Source: Escherichia coli
GTDB lineage: Bacteria; Pseudomonadota; Gammaproteobacteria; Enterobacterales; Enterobacteriaceae
Assembly: GCF_003790525.1 (NCBI RefSeq)
Contig: NZ_CP033635.1
Length of the DNA: 64,000 bases
Reading direction: 5' to 3' (one strand)
Shown: piece after piece, positions 56,777 to 64,000 of the stretch
Layout: each line of letters starts with the position of its first letter
How positions within the stretch are numbered: position 1 is the stretch's first letter
Program-made: the position numbers and the translations under genes
The notes under the pieces: generated by a model
Seen by the model: only the letters and a program-made list of their open reading frames with translations
Databases searched by the model: none
Told to the model about the DNA's origin: nothing

Positions 56777-57443
56777 AGCGTGCTTCCTGCATTTCTCCGG
56801 CATGCGGTTGCAGTGTAATCACCTTATCCGCATGATTAATTTCGTCTTTATCGTGTGTCACCCACAGCACGGCAATATTTTGCTCGTGCACATAACGATG
56901 GATCATCTCATTAACGTTATGTTTATTACTTTCATCCAGCGCACTGGTGATTTCATCCAGCAATAAAACCTTCGGCATAAATTGAAGATTACGAATCAAT
57001 GAGATGCGTTGTTTTTCACCACCAGATAGCTCGGCGATATTTTTCGTCAAAATGGTGTCCGGCAAAGCGAAGCGTTCGAGAAAATCGAGAAAAATGGCTG
57101 GTTCAGGCTGCTGGTTACGGATCTGCCAGGGAAAGATCAGATTATCGTATACCGTATCGCCAAACAGCGTCGGCGTCTGGGCGCAGTAAGACACTTGCTG
57201 GCGGTAGATTTCTGGCTTTAGTGTGCTGACATCCTCACCTTCAAACAGTAACGTTCCGCTGGTTGGGCTGATCAATGAAGCAACTATTTTTAGCAGCGTA
57301 CTTTTGCCACAACCAGAAGGACCGGTAATTAACTTAAATTCGCCAGCACGCAGCGAAAAATTGATGTTATTAAGAATCTTCGCATCACTCGCCAGATATC
57401 CTACGTTTTGTAGCTGAAGCAAAGGACTATTTTCCTGCATCAC
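56763..57443 (-). CDS. fetA: FetA (YbbL), iron-export ABC ATPase
   Basis: About 225-aa ORF with Walker A GPSGCGKST and signature LSGGEKQR. Confidence 0.88.
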   Translation of the reverse strand: MMQENSPLLQLQNVGYLASDAKILNNINFSLRAGEFKLITGPSGCGKSTLLKIVASLISPTSGTLLFEGEDVSTLKPEIYRQQVSYCAQTPTLFGDTVYDNLIFPWQIRNQQPEPAIFLDFLERFALPDTILTKNIAELSGGEKQRISLIRNLQFMPKVLLLDEITSALDESNKHNVNEMIHRYVHEQNIAVLWVTHDKDEINHADKVITLQPHAGEMQEARYELA

Positions 57444-57585
57444 TGTTCCCTTTTTCTGATTTTTACTAAAAACAGTTTATCCTTCGCAGGAATAAGGGGG
57501 AACTCTCTTTCAGTAATCAGGTATAATTTGTTTAATCAAGCAGCAATTTTGCTGATTATGGACGGTACAACAGGAGGTTTTTCCG

Positions 57586-58503
57586 ATGCTTATCTTTATC
57601 CCTATTCTCATTTTTGTCGCGCTGGTCATTGTCGGCGCGGGCGTCAAAATCGTGCCGCAGGGCTATCAATGGACGGTAGAGCGTTTTGGTCGCTATACCA
57701 AAACGTTACAGCCAGGTCTAAGCCTAGTGGTGCCCTTTATGGATCGCATTGGTCGCAAGATCAATATGATGGAGCAAGTGCTCGACATCCCTTCCCAGGA
57801 AGTTATCTCGAAAGATAACGCCAACGTTACCATCGACGCCGTGTGCTTTATTCAGGTGATTGATGCCCCGCGCGCCGCTTATGAAGTCAGCAATCTGGAG
57901 CTGGCGATCATCAACCTGACCATGACTAACATCCGTACCGTGCTGGGTTCAATGGAACTTGATGAAATGCTCTCTCAGCGCGACAGCATCAACTCACGCC
58001 TGCTGCGTATTGTCGATGAGGCCACCAACCCGTGGGGGATTAAAGTCACCCGTATTGAAATTCGCGACGTGCGCCCACCGGCAGAGCTTATCTCTTCAAT
58101 GAACGCGCAGATGAAAGCGGAACGTACCAAACGCGCTTACATCCTTGAAGCGGAAGGGATCCGTCAGGCGGAAATCCTCAAAGCCGAAGGTGAAAAACAG
58201 TCGCAAATCCTGAAAGCGGAAGGTGAACGTCAGTCGGCATTCTTACAGGCCGAAGCGCGTGAACGTTCTGCCGAAGCGGAAGCCCGCGCCACCAAAATGG
58301 TGTCTGAAGCCATTGCCTCCGGCGATATTCAGGCGGTGAACTACTTCGTCGCACAGAAATACACCGAAGCGTTACAGCAGATCGGTTCCTCCAGTAACAG
58401 CAAAGTAGTGATGATGCCATTAGAGGCCAGCAGCCTGATGGGGTCGATTGCCGGGATTGCCGAGCTGGTGAAAGACAGCGCCAACAAACGGACTCAGCCA
58501 TGA
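57586..58503 (+). CDS. qmcA: QmcA (YbbK), SPFH/stomatin-family membrane protein
   Basis: 305-aa [40 protein letters not shown]. Confidence 0.9.
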   Translation: MLIFIPILIFVALVIVGAGVKIVPQGYQWTVERFGRYTKTLQPGLSLVVPFMDRIGRKINMMEQVLDIPSQEVISKDNANVTIDAVCFIQVIDAPRAAYEVSNLELAIINLTMTNIRTVLGSMELDEMLSQRDSINSRLLRIVDEATNPWGIKVTRIEIRDVRPPAELISSMNAQMKAERTKRAYILEAEGIRQAEILKAEGEKQSQILKAEGERQSAFLQAEARERSAEAEARATKMVSEAIASGDIQAVNYFVAQKYTEALQQIGSSSNSKVVMMPLEASSLMGSIAGIAELVKDSANKRTQP

Positions 58504-58958
58504 TGGAGTTAATGGTCGTTCATCCACATATTTTCTGGCTCAGTCTCGGCGGGTTGCTGCTGGCAGCCGAGATGCTGGGCGGAAATGGTTATTTGTTGTG
58601 GAGCGGCGTGGCAGCGGTGATTACCGGCCTGGTGGTCTGGCTGGTGCCGCTGGGTTGGGAGTGGCAAGGGGTGATGTTTGCCATCCTGACGCTGCTCGCC
58701 GCCTGGCTGTGGTGGAAATGGTTGTCGCGGCGGGTGCGCGAACAAAAGCACAGCGACAGTCATTTAAACCAGCGCGGGCAGCAGCTGATTGGCCGACGTT
58801 TTGTGCTGGAATCTCCGCTGGTCAACGGGCGCGGTCATATGCGCGTCGGCGACAGTTCATGGCCTGTCAGCGCCAGCGAGGATCTCGGTGCAGGTACGCA
58901 TGTTGAAGTCATTGCGATAGAAGGGATAACGCTGATCATCCGTGCGGTCATCGCCTGA
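58500..58958 (+). CDS. ybbJ: YbbJ, NfeD-like membrane protein partner of QmcA
   Basis: 152-aa [31 protein letters not shown]; overlaps the qmcA stop by 4 bp. Confidence 0.88.
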   Translation: MMELMVVHPHIFWLSLGGLLLAAEMLGGNGYLLWSGVAAVITGLVVWLVPLGWEWQGVMFAILTLLAAWLWWKWLSRRVREQKHSDSHLNQRGQQLIGRRFVLESPLVNGRGHMRVGDSSWPVSASEDLGAGTHVEVIAIEGITLIIRAVIA

Positions 58959-59045
58959 TGCGACGCTGACGCGTCTTATCATGCCTACAAAATATGCCCG
59001 AATCGTAGGCCAGATAAGGCGCTTGCGCCGCATCCGGCATATAGC
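58959..59045. repeat. REP-like palindromic element at the left edge of the ybbJ-cueR insert
   Basis: GATGCGACGCTGACGCGTCTTATCATGCCTAC ... GTAGGCCAGATAAGGCGCTTGCGCCGCATCCGGCAT, a REP inverted pair. Confidence 0.75.
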
Positions 59046-59060
59046 CGAGTAGAGGCAAAA

Positions 59061-59423
59061 TTACTCTTCCCGGCCTTTACCCATACTTTTTTGGTCTTCA
59101 TCCGGATAGTGTTTTTTTAGATATTCCAGGACGTTTTTATTGACCTTGTGTTGGGTATACACCCACCCTTTCCAGTAATCAGGTTGGTCCAGGTAAACTT
59201 CTGGCGGAATGGTGAAATCAGAAAGCGTTAACCATTCGGCTAACAGATCGGGGTTTCGTTTCTGGATCAACTGCAACAGCATGATCAGCGACATGGCAGA
59301 GGCAGGAGCCGTACTATCGCCGCTTAAATACTTCCACACTGTCGACCGGTTCGAACGAAAAAGGATCGGTAGCAATGCCCGGTCCAGATTCATTTCATTA
59401 AAAATCTTCTCAAATTCATTCAT
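59061..59423 (-). CDS. Hypothetical 120-aa cytoplasmic protein, possible small DNA-binding regulator
   Basis: ORF with AGGAAA Shine-Dalgarno 6 nt upstream of the ATG; no signal peptide; segment RSNRSTVWKYLSG resembles the recognition helix of small phage-type HTH proteins; transcribed divergently from the adjacent 338-aa gene. I do not recognise the protein. Confidence 0.5.
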   Translation of the reverse strand: MNEFEKIFNEMNLDRALLPILFRSNRSTVWKYLSGDSTAPASAMSLIMLLQLIQKRNPDLLAEWLTLSDFTIPPEVYLDQPDYWKGWVYTQHKVNKNVLEYLKKHYPDEDQKSMGKGREE

Positions 59424-59788
59424 TTAAATTTCCTGCCTGGCGTAAACCTCTTAAAAATTGAGATTTATCAAAGAAACGCATTTTAGCACACATCAGGAAC
59501 CGCTTCACGTTTAGTCCAGAAACAGAATTTATTTCGCTTATCAAAACAAGTCTTTACTCTTTTTTACATTGAAAGAGCACGAAATAATTTCCTTTTTTAT
59601 TTATATAAGAAACTATTTTTGTTCCTTATTGGTGGTGTTTACGCTTACACAAGACAAAAATGCGCTTTACATCACACAAATGGCGGCGTAGATTTCGATC
59701 AAATTGCAACGCAGTTTATTTCTTAAAACAATATTATTTGTTTCTTATAGAAACATTAATGCGACTTATTTTGAACAAGAGAAAATGA

Positions 59789-60805
59789 ATGAAAACTGTA
59801 AACGTAGCTTTACTGGCACTCATAATTTCAGCAATATCCAGCCCTGTTGTTTTAGCTGGTGATACCATTGAAGCGGCGGCAACAGAGCTTTCAGCCATTA
59901 ACTCTGGCATGTCGCAATCGGAGATTGAGCAGAAGATTACCCGCTTTTTAGAACGCACAGACAACAGCCCCGCTGCGTATACCTATTTGACTGAACATCA
60001 CTACATCCCTTCTGAAACACCTGATACCACTCAGACTCCCACTGTCCAGACAGATCCTGACGCAGGACAAAAAACCGTTGCCGCTACAGGTGATGTACAG
60101 ACAACCGCCCGTTATCAGAGCATGATCAACGCCCGACAGTCTGCGGTAACTGATGCCCAGCAAACGCAAATTACAGAGCAACAGGCGCAGATCGTAGCCA
60201 CACAAAAAACGCTCGCCGCGACTGGAGATACGCAAAATACCGCGCATTATCAGGAGATGATTAATGCCAGACTGGCGGCTCAAAATGAGGCTAATCAGCG
60301 CACTACCACGGAACAAGGGCAGAAAATGAATGCACTGACAACCGATGTGGCAGCACAACAGCAAAAAGAAAGGGCTCAATACGATAAACAAATGCAAAGT
60401 CTGGCGCAGAAGTCTGTCCAGGCACATGAGCAAATTGAAAGTCTGAGACAAGATTCCGCACAAACGCAGCAACAGTTAACCAACACGCAAAAACGGGTCG
60501 CAGATAACAGCCAACAAATTAACACGCTCAATAACCATTTCGATTCTCTGAAAAACGAAGTTGAGGACAATCGTAAAGAAGCCAATGCGGGAACTGCATC
60601 TGCCATTGCTATCGCCTCACAACCACAGGTGAAAACCGGTGACGTGATGATGGTGTCAGCGGGAGCGGGAACGTTCAACGGTGAATCTGCGGTGTCTGTA
60701 GGAACATCTTTTAATGCCGGAACGCATACGGTACTTAAAGCAGGTATTTCTGCGGATACACAATCTGATTTCGGTGCGGGTGTCGGCGTGGGATATTCGT
60801 TCTAA
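59789..60805 (+). CDS. Small trimeric-autotransporter-like protein: signal peptide, Gln-rich coiled-coil stalk with two internal repeats, YadA-like C-terminal membrane anchor
   Basis: 338-aa ORF: N-terminal MKTVNVALLALIISAISSPVVLA-GD signal peptide; repeats QKTVAATGDVQTTARYQSMINAR and QKTLAATGDTQNTAHYQEMINAR; heptad-like stalk; C-terminus ANAGTASAIAIASQPQ...GAGVGVGYSF matches the four-strand YadA anchor pattern ending in an aromatic residue. Confidence 0.75.
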   Translation: MKTVNVALLALIISAISSPVVLAGDTIEAAATELSAINSGMSQSEIEQKITRFLERTDNSPAAYTYLTEHHYIPSETPDTTQTPTVQTDPDAGQKTVAATGDVQTTARYQSMINARQSAVTDAQQTQITEQQAQIVATQKTLAATGDTQNTAHYQEMINARLAAQNEANQRTTTEQGQKMNALTTDVAAQQQKERAQYDKQMQSLAQKSVQAHEQIESLRQDSAQTQQQLTNTQKRVADNSQQINTLNNHFDSLKNEVEDNRKEANAGTASAIAIASQPQVKTGDVMMVSAGAGTFNGESAVSVGTSFNAGTHTVLKAGISADTQSDFGAGVGVGYSF

Positions 60806-60858
60806 TTTTAACAGCAATTTCTTATTCGCAATTTTCCGCACATTATTTAAGGTTAACA

Positions 60859-61281
60859 ATGATGAATAGCTCCATTAAATCGTTTTCCCTGCTGGCGGTT
60901 ATATTACTGGCTGGCTGTAGTTCACCCACTTCCCGCATCGCAGATTGCCAGGCGCAGGGCGTCAGCCATGACACCTGTTATCTCGCAGAACAGCAGCGTC
61001 AGACGGCTATTTTAAGTGCATCCGAGGCGCAGGCATTTAAAAATGCAGAAGCCGCACAACATGCCCAGGCGGCAAAGAAAGCCATTTATAAAGGATTTGG
61101 CATGACCTTTAGAATGAGCAGTAAGAACTTTGCTTATCTCAATGATTCATTATGTGCAATTGATGAAGACAATAAAGATGCCACTGTTTATCAGTCAGGT
61201 CTTTATAACGTCATTGTTTATCACCACACGGGAAAAGTCGCCTTAATGAAGGAAGGTCAGTTTGTGGGTTATTTAAAATGA
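60859..61281 (+). CDS. Hypothetical lipoprotein (140 aa)
   Basis: Signal peptide with lipobox LLAG-C (Cys20), three further Cys; AAGG ribosome-binding site upstream; 53 bp downstream of the autotransporter-like gene. Confidence 0.6.
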   Translation: MMNSSIKSFSLLAVILLAGCSSPTSRIADCQAQGVSHDTCYLAEQQRQTAILSASEAQAFKNAEAAQHAQAAKKAIYKGFGMTFRMSSKNFAYLNDSLCAIDEDNKDATVYQSGLYNVIVYHHTGKVALMKEGQFVGYLK

Positions 61282-61481
61282 AGGAGCAAAGGAAAATCCC
61301 CCTGACGCATATTATGATTATCGGTGCGTTTATTTTTGCCTTCTTGCAAGTGGTGTTATTAGCCTCCCTGGTTCACGCTGTGAATGTTAACAACGAAATC
61401 CAGGAAGGCTTATTTCAGTCGGGGCGCATTATGGTAGAAAGTTTGCAGCATATTCTTTCGGTGCAAACGGGGATTAACTGA
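61278..61481 (+). CDS. Hypothetical small single-pass membrane protein (67 aa)
   Basis: ATG overlaps the lipoprotein stop (ATGA), with AAGGAG inside the upstream gene; one hydrophobic helix IMIIGAFIFAFLQVVLLASLV. Confidence 0.45.
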   Translation: MKEQRKIPLTHIMIIGAFIFAFLQVVLLASLVHAVNVNNEIQEGLFQSGRIMVESLQHILSVQTGIN

Positions 61482-61484
61482 TTT

Positions 61485-61892
61485 TCACCCCGCCCGATGA
61501 TGACAGCAGCCGGAGAGATTTTCGATAATCGGGCAGTCGGCGCTGTCATCACCGGGGCAGGCATTCGCCAGCGCCAGTAGCTGGTTGCGCATGGATTGCA
61601 GTTCTTCGATATGCCGTTCGATCTCCGCTACCTTCTCCAACGTACGACGTTTGACGTCGGCACTGTGACGCTGCGGATCGTTAAACAGATTCACCAGCTC
61701 GCCGCTCTCTTCCAGGTTAAAGCCCACCTGGCGTGCCTGCCGCAGTAAGGTCAGTTCGTTGAGATGCTGCTGCGTGTAGGTTCGATAACCATTTTCGCTG
61801 CGCATCGGCGGCGTCACCAGCCCCTTCTCTTCATAGAAGCGGATTGCTTTGCTGGTCAGGCCGGTAATTTTTGCTACATCGCTAATGTTCAT
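61485..61892 (-). CDS. cueR: CueR, MerR-family copper-responsive regulator
   Basis: 135-aa [28 protein letters not shown] with C-terminal metal-binding Cys pair ([10 protein letters not shown]). Confidence 0.92.
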   Translation of the reverse strand: MNISDVAKITGLTSKAIRFYEEKGLVTPPMRSENGYRTYTQQHLNELTLLRQARQVGFNLEESGELVNLFNDPQRHSADVKRRTLEKVAEIERHIEELQSMRNQLLALANACPGDDSADCPIIENLSGCCHHRAG

Positions 61893-62016
61893 CGTTCGCG
61901 CAACGCCTCCTGTGCTTTGTTAAAGGGTTTCAACAAATATTCAAGCACGTTTTTTTGCCAGTGCGAATATCGACCGCCACCACAATAATACAGGAAGTAC
62001 TGCGCACAGAGAGGTG

Positions 62017-63309
62017 TTATACGGTTTTATTGCGCTTCATGACCATTGCCACAATAAGGCTGAGTAAGATTGCGCCAATAATCCATATCAACGCACGGCT
62101 GCCCTGGGACCACAGGCTGTAGATAAAGCCAACGATCACCAACAACATCACCGACGTACCAACGATAAGAATCGGCAACGAGGCGTGAATATCATGACGC
62201 AGGCGGATCGCCACCACAAACACCGCCAGATAGCAGATCAAAAAGGTGGCGCTGGCAACGCTGGCGAGTGAGCCTAAATTCAGCGCCGCCGTCATCAGCA
62301 TAATCAGCACCACGACAATGATGTTGCCCCAGGTACTCTGCCGCCACAGGGATTTATTCATTAGCTTCGGCAGTTCGCGTTCGCTGCCCATGTTGTCCAT
62401 GATGTTAAACACGGCGAACAGGTTCGCGTTGATGGCTGAAGCCGTCGCCAGTAAAGCGCCGATGACGACGATCACATAACCCACATGCCCGAGCAGCGGA
62501 GAAGCAGCCTGCGCTACGGCGGTATCGGCATATTTTTCTAACTCTAATGCCGATACATCGCTAAGCAAAACCAGCGCCAGCGAGATATAAAGCAACGTGG
62601 TAACGCCAATCGCCACCAGAAACGCCCGTGGCATAATGATCTGCGGATCTTTCACTTTATCCGCCGCGTTCGCCATCATGCCAAAGCCCGCATAGGCAAG
62701 GAAGGTTATCCCAATACAGGAGAAGAACGCACCGGAGCTGGGGGGCGCAGAGACGGAAATATGTGCCGGTTGCAGCGACCAGACACCTGCAATGATCAGC
62801 AATAACAGGATCATCATTTTAATGCCGACGAGGATCACTTCCAGCCGCCCTACCGCATGGTTGCTTAAGGAGTTGAAAAGCGTCATCACCGCAATGATCC
62901 CCAACGCGTAGAGCAATATAAGGTGCTCCTCCTGACTGCCTTCATGCAAAAACTGCACGGCATAAGCGCCAAAAGCACGGGCGACCATGGCGATGCTCAC
63001 CGCCAGCGTCAACAGGTACAATAACGAGAGTGCCAGCGAAAAGACGCCGTTGCCTAATCCGCGACGAAAGAAGTCGATAATACCGCCATTGCTGGGATAG
63101 CTCGCCCCCAGGCGCGCATAGGCATAACCGGAAAACATCGCCACAATACCGCCAAAAGCAAAGGCGACCCAGGTCGAGGCTTCCATTAGCAACGCAGCCT
63201 GCCCCAGCAGCGCGAAGATCCCCGCCCCCACCATTGCCCCAATGCCGATGGAAACGACGTTCCATAGACCGAGGGGTTTGTTACCGTTATTACCTTCCGT
63301 GTTCATCAT
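62017..63309 (-). CDS. ybaT: YbaT, APC-family amino acid transporter
   Basis: 430-aa polytopic ORF MMNTEGNNGNKPLGLWNVVSIGIGAMVGAGIFALLG. Confidence 0.88.
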   Translation of the reverse strand: MMNTEGNNGNKPLGLWNVVSIGIGAMVGAGIFALLGQAALLMEASTWVAFAFGGIVAMFSGYAYARLGASYPSNGGIIDFFRRGLGNGVFSLALSLLYLLTLAVSIAMVARAFGAYAVQFLHEGSQEEHLILLYALGIIAVMTLFNSLSNHAVGRLEVILVGIKMMILLLLIIAGVWSLQPAHISVSAPPSSGAFFSCIGITFLAYAGFGMMANAADKVKDPQIIMPRAFLVAIGVTTLLYISLALVLLSDVSALELEKYADTAVAQAASPLLGHVGYVIVVIGALLATASAINANLFAVFNIMDNMGSERELPKLMNKSLWRQSTWGNIIVVVLIMLMTAALNLGSLASVASATFLICYLAVFVVAIRLRHDIHASLPILIVGTSVMLLVIVGFIYSLWSQGSRALIWIIGAILLSLIVAMVMKRNKTV

Positions 63310-63311
63310 GA

Positions 63312-64000
63312 TCAGCCCTTAAACACGTTATAGCCGAGTTGCTTAGCGACCGATGCCACCATTTTTTGACCGCGAACACTGTTGCCTTCTTCGTCCAGCG
63401 GTGGTGAGAACGCGGCAATTCCCATCACGCCAGGGACGACCGCCAGAATACCGCCACCTACACCGCTTTTGCCCGGTAAACCAACGCGATACGCCCAGTC
63501 ACCGGAGCGACCATACAGCCCTTCCATCATCATTTCGGCCAGAATGTACGGCACGTTGTCGGCCTGAAGAACGCGTTTATGCGTCAGCGGATTCACTCCC
63601 CCCGCCGCCAGCGTCGCGCCAAGCGTTGCCAGTTCAACAGTATTGATGAGCGTGGAGCACTGACGGGTGTACACGTCACAGGCTTCCATTGCATCACAAT
63701 AGAGATATCCGGCGGAGTACAGCAGCCAGGCAATGGCCCGGTTATGGAAGTTGGTTGTTTGTTCCGACTGGTTGACTTCATCAGAGAGCGCTACCTGCTC
63801 ACCAGCCAGTTGTTGTTGGATATGTAAAATTCGCTGCCAGCGTTGTTCGGCATTTTCAGCGTTAATCAGGCTGGTGGTGGCAATAGCGCCAGCATTTACC
63901 AGTGGCGACAGCGGTTTGCCGCCATGCAACTCTAAGGCGATAACTGAATTAAAGGGCAATCCGGTCGGGTCAGCGCCAATTTTGTCCTGTACCGCCTGCG
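63312..64000 (-). CDS. glsA: Glutaminase (GlsA/YbaS), C-terminal part; N-terminus lies beyond the window end
   Basis: Minus-strand frame open to the window edge; glutaminase-like sequence (…GKSGVGGGILAVVPGVMGIAAFSPPLDEEGNSVRG…); stop 2 nt upstream of the ybaT start. Confidence 0.85.
   Translation of the reverse strand, partial: QAVQDKIGADPTGLPFNSVIALELHGGKPLSPLVNAGAIATTSLINAENAEQRWQRILHIQQQLAGEQVALSDEVNQSEQTTNFHNRAIAWLLYSAGYLYCDAMEACDVYTRQCSTLINTVELATLGATLAAGGVNPLTHKRVLQADNVPYILAEMMMEGLYGRSGDWAYRVGLPGKSGVGGGILAVVPGVMGIAAFSPPLDEEGNSVRGQKMVASVAKQLGYNVFKG

Noticed and set aside
59948-60678. Minus-strand ORFs of 174 and 100 aa
   Set aside because: Antisense to the 338-aa autotransporter-like gene, which has a signal peptide and a recognisable C-terminal anchor; the antisense frames are Cys/Leu-rich low-complexity translations.
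58959-61484. The ybbJ-cueR insert as a prophage or integrative-element remnant
   Set aside because: No integrase, recombinase, tRNA target or direct-repeat att sites were found; only a REP element at the left edge. I treat it as a small accessory insert of unknown origin.

Overview
This window reads as an Escherichia coli-type chromosomal segment, in reverse orientation relative to the K-12 map as I recall it, and almost all of it is recognisable core or known accessory genes. In order: the copper/silver efflux locus (cusA partial, cusB, cusF, cusC, divergent cusRS), the phage N4 receptor genes nfrB-nfrA-ybcH, envY, tRNA-Arg (argU), fimZ, the sfm chaperone-usher fimbrial operon, folD-ybcJ-ybcI, cysS, ppiB-lpxH, purEK, the ybcF-ylbF-ylbE-fdrA cluster, the allantoin/glyoxylate regulon (allDCE, glxK, ybbY, allB, ybbW, glxR, hyi, gcl, allR, allA, allS), ybbB/selU, ybbAP-tesA-ybbO-ybbN, fetAB, qmcA-ybbJ, cueR, ybaT and the start of glsA. 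Gene identities were assigned by recognising the translated ORFs; no database search was run. The most interesting region is a roughly 2.5 kb insert between ybbJ and cueR (58959-61484), which are immediate neighbours in K-12 as I recall it. It carries four ORFs: a 120-aa possible regulator, a 338-aa secreted protein with coiled-coil repeats and a YadA-like C-terminal anchor (a small trimeric-autotransporter-like protein), and a translationally coupled lipoprotein plus small membrane protein. Other strain-specific features are an IS1 insertion with a perfect 9-bp target duplication that disrupts ybbY, an empty argU site where K-12 carries the DLP12 prophage, and an empty site where K-12 carries the RhsD element. 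I found no CRISPR array and no rRNA in the window.
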